55,439 bases of DNA from contig NW_021835123.1 of NCBI RefSeq assembly GCF_006345805.1, forward strand, positions 1 through 55,439. Reading direction: 5' to 3'. Source of the stretch: Octopus sinensis (taxonomy: Eukaryota). Positions 25,080-37,749 of this stretch are shown one piece after another; position 1 is the stretch's first letter, and each line of letters opens with the position of its first letter. The position numbers were made by a program, and so were the translations under genes. The notes beneath the pieces are model-generated. The model had not been told where the DNA came from. It was given only the letters and a program-made list of their open reading frames with translations, and searched no databases.

Positions 25080-25880
25080 ATCAAAAAAATTTACAAAAAT
25101 TTTGGAGAAAATTTTCAAAAAATTTTTTTTGCCGATGAAACATTTTCAAAAACTTTTTAAAAAATTGTTGGGGAAAATTTTCAAAAGATTTTCAAAAAAA
25201 TTTTCAAAAATTTTTTTGGAAAATTTTCAAAAACTTTTTCAAAAATTTTTGGGGAACATTTTCGAAAAATTTTTCAAAAGTTTTCGGGGAACATTTTCGA
25301 AATATTTTTCAAAAATATTTGGGGAAAATTTTCAAAAAATTTTCAAAAACTTTTTCAAAAATTTTGGTGAAAACTTTCGAAAAATTTTTCAAAAATTTTT
25401 GGGGAAAATTTTCAAATAATTTTTGGGGAACATTTTCGAAAAATTCTTCAAAAGTTTTCGGGGAAGATTTTCGAAAACTTTTTCAAAAATTTTTGGGGAA
25501 AATTTTCAAAGAATTTTCAAAAAATTTTTCCAAAATTTTGGGGAAAATTTTCAAAAAATTGTTTTTGCCGATGAAAAATTTTCAAAAACTTTTTCAAAAA
25601 TTGTTGGGGAAAATTTTCAAAAAATTTTCAAAAAATTTTTTGAAAATTTTGGGAAAAATTTTGGGGAAAATTTTCAAAAAAGTCTCAAAAATTCTTTTTT
25701 TATTTTTGTGGAAAATTTTCAAAGAATTTTTTTTAAATTTTTCAAAACTTTTAGGGAAAATTTTTTTTTAAATTTTCAAAAGAATTTTCAAAACTTTTTG
25801 GGGAAAATTTTCAAAAAAAAATTTTTAATTTAAATAAAAATTTTTTAAACATTTTGGAGAAAATTTTCAAAAAATTAGCA
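25080..25880. repeat. A/T-tract minisatellite array (~35-bp unit, ggggaa(c/a)attttcgaaaaatttttcaaaa...)
   Basis: gggga recurs at 25251, 25286 and 25321; larger internal duplications are marked by ttgccgatgaaa near 25128 and 25566. Confidence 0.85.
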
Positions 25881-25981
25881 TCGGTGAAGTACACTCTTTC
25901 ACCATTTTCCAGATGCACTGCAAGCTGTTGAATGGTGGGGTGTCGTTGGTGAATTGGAAAGCCAAAGATGCGCCAGAAAGC

Positions 25982-27118
25982 CTGTGTGTTTCCCTAAAAC
26001 TTGAGAACTACACAACCAATTTCATTCAAATTTTACACATGCCTTACTTCGGGTCCGGGGAATGTCATCGTCAAAAAACAATTTTGAACTTTTTGCCTAG
26101 GGCGAGCCCACAGCAATATCATATCTTCTCTACTACGATTCCCTAAAACTTGAGAACTACACAACCAATTCCATTCAAATTTTACACATGCCTTACTTAG
26201 GGTCCATGTAGTTTCATGGGCAAAAATATGTTCAACTTCTTGCCTAGAGCGAGCCCATAGCAATATCATATCTTCTCTACTATTTCAGTAGTACGTGTTA
26301 AAAGTGAAACAAAAACGTTTCTCTATTTTATGTCAGATACTTTCACTTTAACAATAAAAATAATAATAATTGAATTATATGTAGTAAGTAATAATTAAAA
26401 TCAAACTAAAGTATAATATAATCGTTACATAACAAAAGTAAAAATAGCAATTGGTATAAAATTGCATCAATTATTTGAATTTGAATAAGTGGTTTCACAT
26501 GAATGGGAATAAATTAAAAATAAAATTAGTGTGCAGAAATGGAATAGTCCAGATGGATAATAAAAAATTAAATTAAAGAAAAGACTATTGTCTATAAAGT
26601 ATACAATGTAGAGAAAAAAGATTTGAACACATGGCGGAAAGCACCTTCGAAAAGTGTCTTAGTGCGACTATGAAAGGTATCTGATCAAAGGCGGTAAATT
26701 CGCTACAATAGAAGCAAGGTTCGAGTCAACGGAGCGTGCAAGGGAGTACTCGACTCGAACTTGCAAAGTGGAAATATTTTATTTTTACCTTTATATCTGG
26801 GACGTAGGACGTCCCGGAAAGAATTTAAAATGCCCCTTCCCCCTCAGAAGTAGAGGTAGGCTGGATTGTAGCCACACTTCTATACAAGAGGGAGGACAAG
26901 ATACAATTGATCGAAATTACAAGAGACGGGCTAACAATTCCAGTCTGTTATATATTTTGAGTATTGTTATCACTAGCCATATCAAGATATAACTTTGTAT
27001 TTTGTATTTTATGTGTAGATGTATATATATAGATGTGCATGTAATATGTACACATATGTATACACATATATCCATGCACTAGCACTATGACCCGGCAACG
27101 ATGAGTCTTTAATGCTAG
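25982..27118 (+). mobile_element. Second copy of the 12763 Helitron, 5'-truncated and rearranged
   Basis: High identity to 12800-14339; 149-bp tandem duplication (ccctaaaact at 25992 and 26141); about 545 bp deleted near 26540; CTAG|T at 27115-27119. Confidence 0.85.
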
Positions 27119-27285
27119 TATATGTATATATGGGGTGGGGTTACTTATATGTTGTTGTGTCCGCCATTAGTTTGCGGCCGTGTGGGGCACCGCCTTGAAG
27201 GATTTAGTCAAACAAATCGACCCCACTGTCAATTTTTTAAGCCTGGTATTTATTCTATTGATTATTTTTAGCGAACTGCGATATG

Positions 27286-27327
<42 letters not shown>

Positions 27328-27444
27328 AGTAGTTGAATGAATTATCTTATTAAGGATAATTCGAAAGATAACCGATACCTGGGTAGCAAATTCACATCGA
27401 GAATAAAGGATATTCGTTCAACTCCATTCTTTCATATACTTATA

Positions 27445-27495
<51 letters not shown>

Positions 27496-28029
27496 GTTGA
27501 AATCACTTTAAATTGTATCCTACAGTCTTTCGAAAGACATAATTCTTAAAATTATATTCTTATAAGCGGAACATCCGACTTCCATGCAAACAACTTTCGT
27601 GATATGTGAAATCATTTTACTCTGAGAGGAAAACATGAAACTCTTGGAGAAAATACCAGTTTATTATTCTATTTGCTTCTATAATGGCTCAATAGAATAT
27701 ATATTGACTCTGTATTTGTTTGGTACTTTAGTTAGTAGCGAACTCTAGTGAAATTCCTCTCTCTTTTATTATATAAACATACATTCGAACGTAGCAAATA
27801 GCAGCTAACGTTTGAGCGCTGTTTGGACCCGTTGTGTCCACCACGCTGATTGATTGCATATTAGCGCAACTCGTCTCTTTTTACTCTATAGCTCGCCAAT
27901 ATGCAACCTAACCAATCGCAGCTTCCAAATAAATCCCGTGAGACAGTCTGTTCTCAACTTCAATTTTGAGCCTACCGTTTGCTACAAAAATCCACCTTCT
28001 CCTAGTCTCGATGTGTTTTGGTTCCAGAC

Positions 28030-28350
28030 TGCCACTCCATCGGTTACGTCGATGAGGGTCTTACTTTATCCGATCAACCGAACAGCCTGTTCATGAGACC
28101 AAAGTGCAAGTGGTTGAGCAATCCTCAGACATTCGTTCTCTTAACGTAGTTTCCAATGAGATTCAGTGTGGCTCAGAATGTGACAAGGGTCTGCTCCTCC
28201 TTCGAATTACAAATCAGTTTTGCCAGCTGAGCGGACTGGAGCAATGTGAAATAAAGTGTTTTGCTCAAGGACACAAGACATCGCCTAGAGTCGAACTCAC
28301 TACCTTGACGTTCGTGAGCCGAATGCTCAAACCACTAAACAACGCACCTT
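28030..28350 (-). mobile_element. SINE family C (also at 44570-44950)
   Basis: cggttacg...gagggt...gatc(c)gatcaac(c)gaacagcctg...gtgcaagtgg shared between the two copies. Confidence 0.7.
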
Positions 28351-28369
28351 GACAGTACTTTATTTTATT

Positions 28370-28870
28370 GACCTCTTTTACTCTTTTACTTGTTTCAGTC
28401 ATTTGACTGCGGCCACGCTGGAGCACCACCTTTGGTCGAGCAAATCGATCCCAGGACTTATTCTTTGTAAGCCTAGTACTTATTCTATCGCTTTCTTTTT
28501 GCCGAACCGTTAAGTGACGGGGACGTAAACACACCAGCCGACGCCGGCAGGGTGGTTGCGCGGTCGGCAGCAGAGAGTCGCGGCGTGTCGGCGGGCTGCC
28601 GCGATTAACTGCTACTGCTGCGCTGTTAGAGGGCACCAGCATCGGATGTCAAGCGATGTTGGGGGACAAACATAGACACACAAACGCACACAGACATATA
28701 TATACATATATACGACAGGTTTCTTTTCAGTTTCCGTCTACCAAATCCACTCACAAGGCTTTGGTAGGCCCGAGGCTATTAGTAGAAGACACTTCTTGCC
28801 CAAGGTGCCACGCAGTGGGACCGAACCCGGAACCATGTGGTCGGGAGGCAAGCTTCTTACCATACAGCCA
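28370..28870 (-). mobile_element. OR-like CORE SINE with a ~70-bp GC-rich insert at about 28540-28620
   Basis: Reverse-complement match; extra sequence gccgacgccggcagggtgg...ctgttagagggc lies between two caccagc motifs. Confidence 0.8.
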
Positions 28871-29251
28871 CTCCTGACCTGCGGAATTATGAAATCCAAA
28901 GTTGACTTCTGTGAGATTTTTATCGTAGAACCTTTCACACAGAAACCATGACGTAACACTGATTAGAGTGGGTCTAATAAAACTGAGAACAAGGTTAAGC
29001 GCGTTCTCGATGTCATACACAGTCTCGTTCCGCCTACAAGATATGACTTTATATTGCTCAGCGTATTTAATAGCAATGTTCCATTTACTTCATAACTCTC
29101 TTCGCATTTATTATTTATTTTTGTCTTTTTGCTTGTTTGTTTTTTATATATTGGCGAAAGACCAGAAAATGTTTTGTTAGGTTGCGAGTGTGGGTGGAGT
29201 ATATCGATTTAATCGATTATGACTGACAATATTATTCCATTGGTCCTACTT

Positions 29252-29354
<103 letters not shown>

Positions 29355-31129
29355 TATATAATATATATATATATATATTTATATGTATATATTACACACA
29401 CACATATGCAACCGTATGTGTGTGTAAATATTTCGTTTTGGGATTTGGTGTGTAAATATATATATATTTGTTTTTGACATGTGCATATCTGAGTGTGTGT
29501 GTGTGTGTTTTGCAACTATGTACCTTGTTTGTATGTGTGGGTGTGCATCTCCATATGTGTGGACACGTGTCTCCATATGTGTCCTTGTGTGAAGTAAAAT
29601 GTGTGTGTGTATATATGGTCATGTGTTTCAGTCTCCATTTGCATATGTGTTCTTGTCTGTTCATATAACCTATCCGTCTGTATGTTGATGTTTTTTGGAT
29701 TTGTGTGTAAATATTTATATTTATACATATACATGTACACACATATATATATATATGTATGCATGTATGTATGTATATATGTACGAATAGCCATAAATAT
29801 ATATGCGCATGTGTATATGTATATACACTCACATATACATGCATACAAACGTGAAATACTAAAAAAAACGAATTTCACAGGTATTTTGTAACTTCATTGA
29901 TAAAAGTATACACACACGCATACACATGCACATCGTCATCATCATGATCCTCCTCCACCTCTTCCTCATCATCATTATCAGCAGCAGCAGCAGAAGCAGC
30001 ATCATATTTAAGACTTCTAATGTGACTCGTCGCTCTGCTTGATCTGGCAGCCATTTTGACTGCTGGATCCGTTATTCATTTGGTCTGTTTAATCCACCGG
30101 AGTCACTCGTCACTTATGAGAGCAGACATGGTTTAATACAGCGACGTTTCGATTCTTGTTCAATCAGCAGCTTACTCCATTGTGACTGCTGCACATGGTG
30201 CAACTGGCTGCTAAGCAGAGATCATCTCACATAAGATCAAAGAACACCCTGCTATAATAAGACTCTTGTGTCTTTCTCCGTTACAACATATGAATGAGAA
30301 AGGAAGGGCTGATAGATATATGAGGAAGGAAGGGCTGATAGATGAATAAGGAAGCAAGGGGTGATGGCAAACTTGGTAGTGGGATGATGGAAGTTCTATG
30401 GTGAAATAAATCAAACAGCGTTTCCACTCTGTGTGAGTATATGTGAATGTATGTAAAAGGGTGCCATGTGAATGTGTGTGTGTGTGTGTGTGCAATGGGA
30501 GTGAGATGGTAAACATTCAACGGTGAAAAGAAAAATCAAACAACGTTTCAATTCTATGTGTGTGCGTGTACAAGGGAAGTATGTGAATGTTTGTATGCGT
30601 AATTATTATGTACCTTATTTATATATAAAATACTACAATTAACCGTCATTATTGACGGCACAGGGTCAGCTAGTAAGAAAGTAAAAGAGTGTATATATAT
30701 TTAACCATCGCTACGGTATTGCAGTGAAGGTGTGTAAGCTGTAGAAAGTTAAGATATGGATCTATAGTTCTTAGGGTCTACGGAATCTTTAGATTTCAGG
30801 ATTAAGATTGCCTTCTCTTCAGTGAAGGCTCGTGGTCTAGTTTCTAGAGTGTCTCCCTCGTGACCGTAAGATTTTAATCGCCAGTACGGTCACAATGTTT
30901 CGTTTAACTAGCACAGTATTCTACTAAGTATATTAAAGGTTTATAAGTCAATACTGAATCCAGAGCCACCACTGAATGTTGCGGCGTTTCGTACATGAAT
31001 ACGTCTATGAAAACAATGCGATGGAAGATAGAAAAATAAGTAAAGGGTGTATATGCATATCTCAGGAGCTCTTGCTTCTTTTTCACCACCGCATCCCACC
31101 CATTAACCATCCACGAATACATTGCTTTA

Positions 31130-31367
31130 CCCATTAAGTCCCAGTGTACTTAAATTTCTGAATATCACTTTTAAATTTTTACAGATGATTGAAAATTGGT
31201 CAAAACGAAAAACGATAATTATTAAAACTCCTTTATTTCAAGTAGAAATTGAAATACTCGGTGTCCTATGAATAGGACACTGAGACAATGTGATTTGGCT
31301 TATTTAATATTCTCATTTAGTGTCCTATTTGTAATGTCCTATTTATAGGACAGTGGGACTTAATGGG
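31130..31367. mobile_element. piggyBac-type MITE
   Basis: TIRs CCCATTAAGTCCCA / TGGGACTTAATGGG; flanks TTTA and TTAA. Confidence 0.8.
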
Positions 31368-31371
31368 TTAA

Positions 31372-31784
31372 ATAACCACTAAAATTTAGCGTTGTAACAC
31401 TACTGGATAGAGCAATTTACATATTAAATACATTCCTGACAACTGGTATGTATATAGTAATGTATATATTAACGTACATATTAATGGTGTGTATGTATTA
31501 ATTGCTGGTAGAAACACCGTATTTCGTTTAGCAACCATAATATATTCTATAGAATATTTGTAGAGACAACTTGAAAATGATTGAATCGCACAGATAACAC
31601 AAAAACGTAGAACATAGTATTTACTAACAAGTCTTTAATAAACTTTTTTGTATGTTATGATTGCATAGCGAAATACCGTGCGCCTACTAGCAATTAATAT
31701 GTACGTACCATGTGTCAGGAATGTTTAGCATGTAAAATTGCCCTATCCAATAATGTTACATCATTAATAAAATTTCGTGGTTAT
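31372..31784. mobile_element. Long-TIR (foldback-like) MITE flanked by TTAA
   Basis: ataaccac...cattcctgaca...attaattgct...gtatttcg on the left is mirrored imperfectly on the right over more than 130 bp; TTAA at 31368 and 31785. Confidence 0.7.
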
Positions 31785-32327
31785 TTAAGCAATGTGTTCG
31801 TGGATAGTTAATGGTTGGGATGTAGTGGTAAAGAAGGAACAACAACTCCTAAGATATGTATATGCACGGATTACCTAGTTTTCTATCTTCCATCGCTTGT
31901 TTACATAAACTTATTCGTTTTTGAAACGTCGTTACTTTCAATGCTTGCTCTAAGTTCTATAGAATATATGTAGAGATAGCTTAAAAGTAATCGCAAGAAT
32001 CCATCGGTATGAAAAGCGACAAGAATTCTTCAGACAAAGCAAACAGTTCGAGTCGATGACAAAACAGGTTTTATCAAGAACTAGTTTAAAATATAATTGA
32101 ACATTGAAATCAATGCAGTTCCAGTATTAAGAGAAGTAGAGACATTTTAAGGGGGTGTATGTACAGCGAATGAATCACCACGTATAGGGTTGTTCAAAAT
32201 AGCAATCACATGATTGAAGAAGCATAGGAAGCCGTAGCAACTCAAGAAGCTTAGACGCCATTGAAAAAGAAATATGTAACTTGATGATGGAAGGAAATGA
32301 CAGAATTCGAAACTTCCGTTTAAAGTA

Positions 32328-32708
32328 CAGGTTGAACCTCCTTAATTCGGCAACCTTGAAACTTGGTCATTGCCGGACCACAGAAAACCGACCTTTAAGC
32401 AACCTCCAGTAAAATCTCATATGTAAACATAAGCATACAGTACACTTCTTGACACATGTCTGTTGTTTGCTTATTTTTACATGTAACTATGTTATAAATG
32501 GTAGAATTAAGCTTAAAACAGGAAATAATATGATACAGCCATTAATATTTCCAAAGTTTTTTCCGTTTTTCTATGTAAATATAAACAAGTCTGGCGCCTA
32601 ACAGCACCGCCCCAGCGGCAGATTGGAAAATAATGGTGGCAACTTCAAAACGTGCCGGATTATGGAAATTGTTGGACCACAAATACCAGACCAAAAATGT
32701 TCAACATG
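32328..32708. mobile_element. pogo/Tigger-like non-autonomous element
   Basis: TA|CAGGTTGAACCTCC start and ...TGTTCAACATG end, with subterminal ccgga motifs. Confidence 0.55.
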
Positions 32709-33229
32709 CATTTAGCAAATATTTATAAAACGCTGGCAAAACTATTTTATAACATATTAAAAAGACCTAGAAAAATTATTTGATAGACCCGCTGAAGTGA
32801 CTTAAACTTAGACCTGTCACGTGCCCTACGACCTAAGATCAAAGTTGAACCCAGTATCTATGGCGTTTAAGAGACTGAGAGTACAATAGTCTCTCTGAAT
32901 AGGGCACTGTTCTGTCAAAGATTTATCTTCCAGCAATTGCTGGAACTCAATTACAGTTTTGTGAAGTGGAGCAATGTGAAAGGAAGAGGTCTACTCAAGA
33001 ACGAAATGCACCGCCTGATCTAGGAGTTGAAACCATGCTCTTACAATCAGGAGTACAACATCCTAACCCACTAGGTCACGTGCTTTCACTGAGGAGAAGG
33101 CTATCTTAATCTTCAAATCTAAAAAAAAAACAGTCAACTCTATGAATAACTAAAGAGACGTGAGTTAACCTTCAACAGCTTACGAAGTATTAACTTCAAT
33201 AACGTCGCCGGGATTAAGTGCGTAATCTC

Positions 33230-33625
33230 TTTTGTTCTCTGTTACTGGTTTCAGTCACTGGACGGCAGCCATACTGGAGCACCACCTTATGGGACTGGTC
33301 GAACAAATCGACACCGCTAAGTCTGATACTTTTTCTTTAGAACTTTTTTGACCGAACCACTAAGTAAAGGAATGTAAGCGAACCAATACCGGTTGTGAAA
33401 CGCTGGGGATCAAACACGAACGCATTCACACTCGCACGCACTCACTCATGCGCGCACGCACACATCATCTCTCTCCATCTCTCCCTTTCTCTCTCACTCT
33501 GTCTCACACATATACACGACGAGTTTCCCACAGCCTCCGTCTAACAAATTCATTCCCAAGACATTGATCATCCCGGTGTTACAGTAGAAAAACCATTTGC
33601 CTAAGGTGCTGTGTAGCGTGATTGA
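33230..33625 (-). mobile_element. OR-like SINE, diverged
   Basis: gtttcagtcac...ggagcaccacc...gaacaaatcgac tail and core remnants. Confidence 0.65.
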
Positions 33626-33799
33626 AACTGAAACCAGGTGGCCGCAGAGAAACCGTATGTTTCTGGAAAACAGAATGGATGCTGCAAAGGGCCTTTTGGT
33701 TGTAAAGTTCAATCAATTACACAACTAAACAGGTATTTTGTTAATACAGTTGTATATTTTAAGAGATGTGGAATTATGTACAACAAACAAGATGAGGAC

Positions 33800-34966
33800 A
33801 AATATCCGTCAAATGTAATTAATGTAAATGAGGTATTTGGTTGTCAGGACGTTTTTACCTGATTTGAATGTCTTTTTGATGGGCTGAATCCAAAAATGGA
33901 ATCCAATTTTTTAGTTCTCAAGATACCCAAATACCTAATTTCCGAAATTTTCTTCATTTTTTTCAAAAATGGCGTCTTTTTACCGATTGCTTGAAAGAAG
34001 TTTGAAATGGGTTCTGCTCCATAATGGAAATATATTGGCCTCTGTTCCAATTGCTCACTCTACAAAACTAGCAGAGAAATATGACGTCATGAAAACAATG
34101 CTAGAGAAAATTCAACTCCCCACCCCCATTCATCAGCGGGTGATTTGCATAGACTTTCAGATAATCAGTTTTCTCGTGAGGCAACAAAGTGGATACACCA
34201 AATATCCATGCTATTTATGTAAGTGGGACACCACAGCCAAAGAAACTGGTGATCAAAAAATGGTCACAGCGAACATTAGTTCCAGGAGTCTTTTTTTAAT
34301 GTGGTTGAAGAGCCTTTAGTTCAACTGGGAAAAATAATCTTACCTCCATTCCATATCAAATTTGGCACTATGAAACTTGGCATTATATACTGGGGAACTT
34401 TCCAAAGTTGGGAGCATAAAGCTGCACTATCTCCACAGCCATCTTGATAAATTCTCCGAAAATCTTGGTGACACAAGGTACGAGCAGAAAGAACGTTCCC
34501 ATCAGGACAAAATCAATGGAACAAAGGTATCAAGGCAGATGGGACTTGCATATGATGGGGGACTAGTGGTGGGACTTAGCTCGTGATCTTTCTGAGTTTC
34601 AGCACTCAAGAAAATCATCCAAACGCAAATTCATGGGAAATTAAGCATAAACAATGATGTAATTTTTCTGTAGAAATTCTAAGTTGTTTTTCTATTTTCT
34701 TTATTCTTTTTTTTAATAGAATTTTAATAAAACATTCTGGTTTTGAAGAAAAACCAATTTTCATGTATGTTTGAATGTTATGCCTTGTTCTTCATGAGCT
34801 ATTTTATTGGGAAAAAAACACAATGTTATTCTAAGGATCCAGTCCCTTAAAATCTTTACGTGGTGGTAATAAATGGATGTCATTTTTTTTGGTTCTGTGT
34901 ACCAAAATACCCGTAGTTCAGGTCCAAATCTTTTGACTACAAAAAATATTCTTTTGTCGGCTTATG
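33800..34966 (+). mobile_element. Deleted DNA transposon, Chapaev-3-like (CMC) transposase pseudogene
   Basis: SLKWVLLHNGNILASVPIAHS...QQSGYTKYPCYLCKWD...LPPFHIKFG...SIKLHYLHSHLDKFSENLG...ERSHQD; the transposase origin is clear, but the superfamily name is from recall. Confidence 0.65.
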
Positions 34967-35459
34967 TTCTGCTATCTTAACGGCAGAATGTAGAACCAAC
35001 CCTATTGTTACTAACCCAGCTGAAACCGGTTCTGGCTCTGTAGTACAAATGTCTTGTTTTCATAATGGAGACAGAAGTTGCCAAAAATCAGCAGTGAAAA
35101 TTCGAAAGAACTTTTGAGTGAATCTAGTACATACATACATACATACATACATACATACATACATACATACATACATACATGCATGTATGCATAAATGTAT
35201 GTATGTATGTATGTATAAATGCATGTATAAATGTATGTATGTATGTATGTATGTATGTATGTATGTATGCATGTATGCATGCATGCATGCATACATACAT
35301 ACATACATACATACATACATACATACATACATACATACATACATACATGCATGCATACATGCATACATACATACATACACATACATACATACATACATAC
35401 ATACATTTATACATGCATACATACATATATGTGATGGGGCGCGTTTGTGTATGTATGTC

Positions 35460-35800
35460 ATTATTCAATTTTATTTCAAGATTTCTTGCCAACAAGAAAG
35501 AGCCTGTTTCTAACCTAGATTCAAGGTTCCTTCATTAGAATTACAACATCAACAACAGTGTATTTTTGTACACATGTGTTTATGTATGTATGTATGTATG
35601 TATGTATGTATGTATGTATGCAGATTTGTATGTTAACATATGTTAACATCCGCTGCAGAGCTAATTTCCACATCAGTGCACAGTTTCTCTTCTCTAACCC
35701 AAATCATTATATCAGATCTGTTGTGCTTACATTTTATTGAGGTCTTCACTAGGACATTCCACCAATACTCCTTTTAATTATGAGTGGCTATGGCTTCCAT
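35460..35800 (-). mobile_element. R4/Dong-like LINE fragment (restriction-like endonuclease region plus 3' UTR)
   Basis: EYWWNVLVKTSIKCKHNRSDIMIWVREEKLCTDVEIS; the 3' UTR resembles that of the 35920 copy; ends in (CATA)n. Confidence 0.7.
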
Positions 35801-35919
35801 GATACGTACGTATGTATGTATGTATGTATGTATGTATGTGTGTGTGTGTATGTATGTATGTATGTATGTATGTATGTATGTATGTATGTATGTATGTATG
35901 TATGTATGTATGTATGTCT

Positions 35920-36832
35920 CTTATATTTTTTAATTACTATCAATCTTCCACTAAAGAGAGATCCGGTTTCCAACAAAGATACAAGGCTCCATCTTTGGGA
36001 TGTAGTTAACACAGATAAATTCAGATTTGGAACTTGCGAAAATTTTTGCATATTTTTACTGTTCCACTCACAGATTGCATTTGTAATGTATGATAAGCCG
36101 GTCGATTTCTCTTTCTGAAAACCCCTATTTTATCTAGATCTCCTTTAAGCATTTACTAACAAAACCTAGTGCTCCAATTATTATTGGTATGAATATGAAT
36201 TCAGAGTCGGATATAGAAGCTGGATTTTTCGAAGCAGTTGTCCATAGATATCCTATTTTTCTTTGATTTTCAAAGAGATATTTATATCTGCAGGGCAGCC
36301 AACCTCTATGATGGTACATACCTTTGCCCCTCTGTCTCAACCAACAATATCCGGCCTGTTATATTTTTAATGGGAATATTCCACCAGTATTCCTTGAGTT
36401 GGTGCTTATGAATGTATTCTATAACAGAGGGATTTTCTATGTTTATTTCAGGACAGTCTTTTTTGTGGATGCCATTTTAGCGACAACATCGTGCCGCATG
36501 GAAAGGTAATACCGTGACGACATTTTAGGACAGCTGCTAATCACATACATGATGTCTTCCACAGAAACATGACATAGTCTACACATGCGGTTGCACTTTG
36601 GGACTACAAGAGCGTCGCTGTCTCTCTTGTTCACCAGGTACTTTGTGACAATCTGCTGTTCCTGGATTACAAACGCATTAGCCTTCAAAGTGTGATGTGA
36701 TGTAGTGGTTCTTGTGTCAAAGAGAGGCTGCGCTTCGTGTCAATTCTAGACATCTGCAAGCTTTCTGGAAACATACTCTTGCATCGTCTTTTTTTGTATG
36801 CCGAGTGCTTTCCATCCAGGTCTTCTCTGATG
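35920..36832 (-). mobile_element. R4/Dong-like LINE 3' portion
   Basis: CRLCHVSVEDIMYVISSCPKMSSRYYLSMRHDVVAK zinc knuckle; NRPDIV...IIEVGCPAD endonuclease; IGALGFV...SVSGTVKICK C-terminus. Confidence 0.85.
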
Positions 36833-37216
36833 TATGTATGTATGTATGTATGTATGCATGCATGCATGTATGTATGTATGTATGTATGTATGTATGTATG
36901 TATGTGTGTATGTATGTATGTATGTATGTATGTATGTATGTATGTATGTATGTATGTATGTATGTATTGTGTTTTCCATGCAGTACGTCTACAAGAAATT
37001 TCTTTTATCTTGGACGAAAACCGTAGTTTCTTGCATTTGAATGATATATATGAACACCTGAAGGTCGAACTGAAGAATTTACTCAATACTTTTAGTAAGC
37101 TACAGATTTAGTAAACTTTTACAAACTCCGAAGTCACTATCAATCTTTTCCTTGTAAAAGTTATATATGTATATACATATGTATATGTATACACACACAC
37201 AACACACACACACACA

Positions 37217-37318
<102 letters not shown>

Positions 37319-37582
37319 TTAAGTAACAATTGGTGGATAGGTGACAATTCATTACAGCCGTTTCTAATGATTTTTTTTAATTGATCACTGAAGGCATTAT
37401 ATCATTATAAAAACCTTTTTCATAAGATGAATTCATGAATTTTACAATCAAAGACATTTACAATTTTTTTAAAATCCACGGCACATACATAGTTCGTGAT
37501 TCCACGATATATGTATGTATGTTTGCTTCTTTGTTTGTTTGCTTCTTTGTTTGTTTGCTTCTTTGTTTGTATGTATATACAT

Positions 37583-37722
37583 ATATAGTTGAAATTTACA
37601 GAAAAATAAAAAGACGAAGACAGGTGTATAAACAACAAGCAGGTGTAATAGTTTGACACTCGGGAAGGTGAGAAAGTCTTTTACGTTTCGAGCCTACGCT
37701 CTTCACCAGAAACGAACACGAT
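37583..37722 (-). mobile_element. PLE-like element, family A
   Basis: Minus strand ctggtgaagagcgtaggctcgaaacgtaaaagac. Confidence 0.7.
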
Positions 37723-37749
37723 GAAAATTACATATATATACATATATAT

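Noticed and set aside
25018-25833. Three overlapping K/F-rich ORFs of 133-150 aa
   Set aside because: By-product of the A/T-tract array, in which stop codons are nearly impossible
36965-37150. Upstream continuation of the R4-like LINE
   Set aside because: No frame gives recognisable R4 motifs, so the element was ended at 36832
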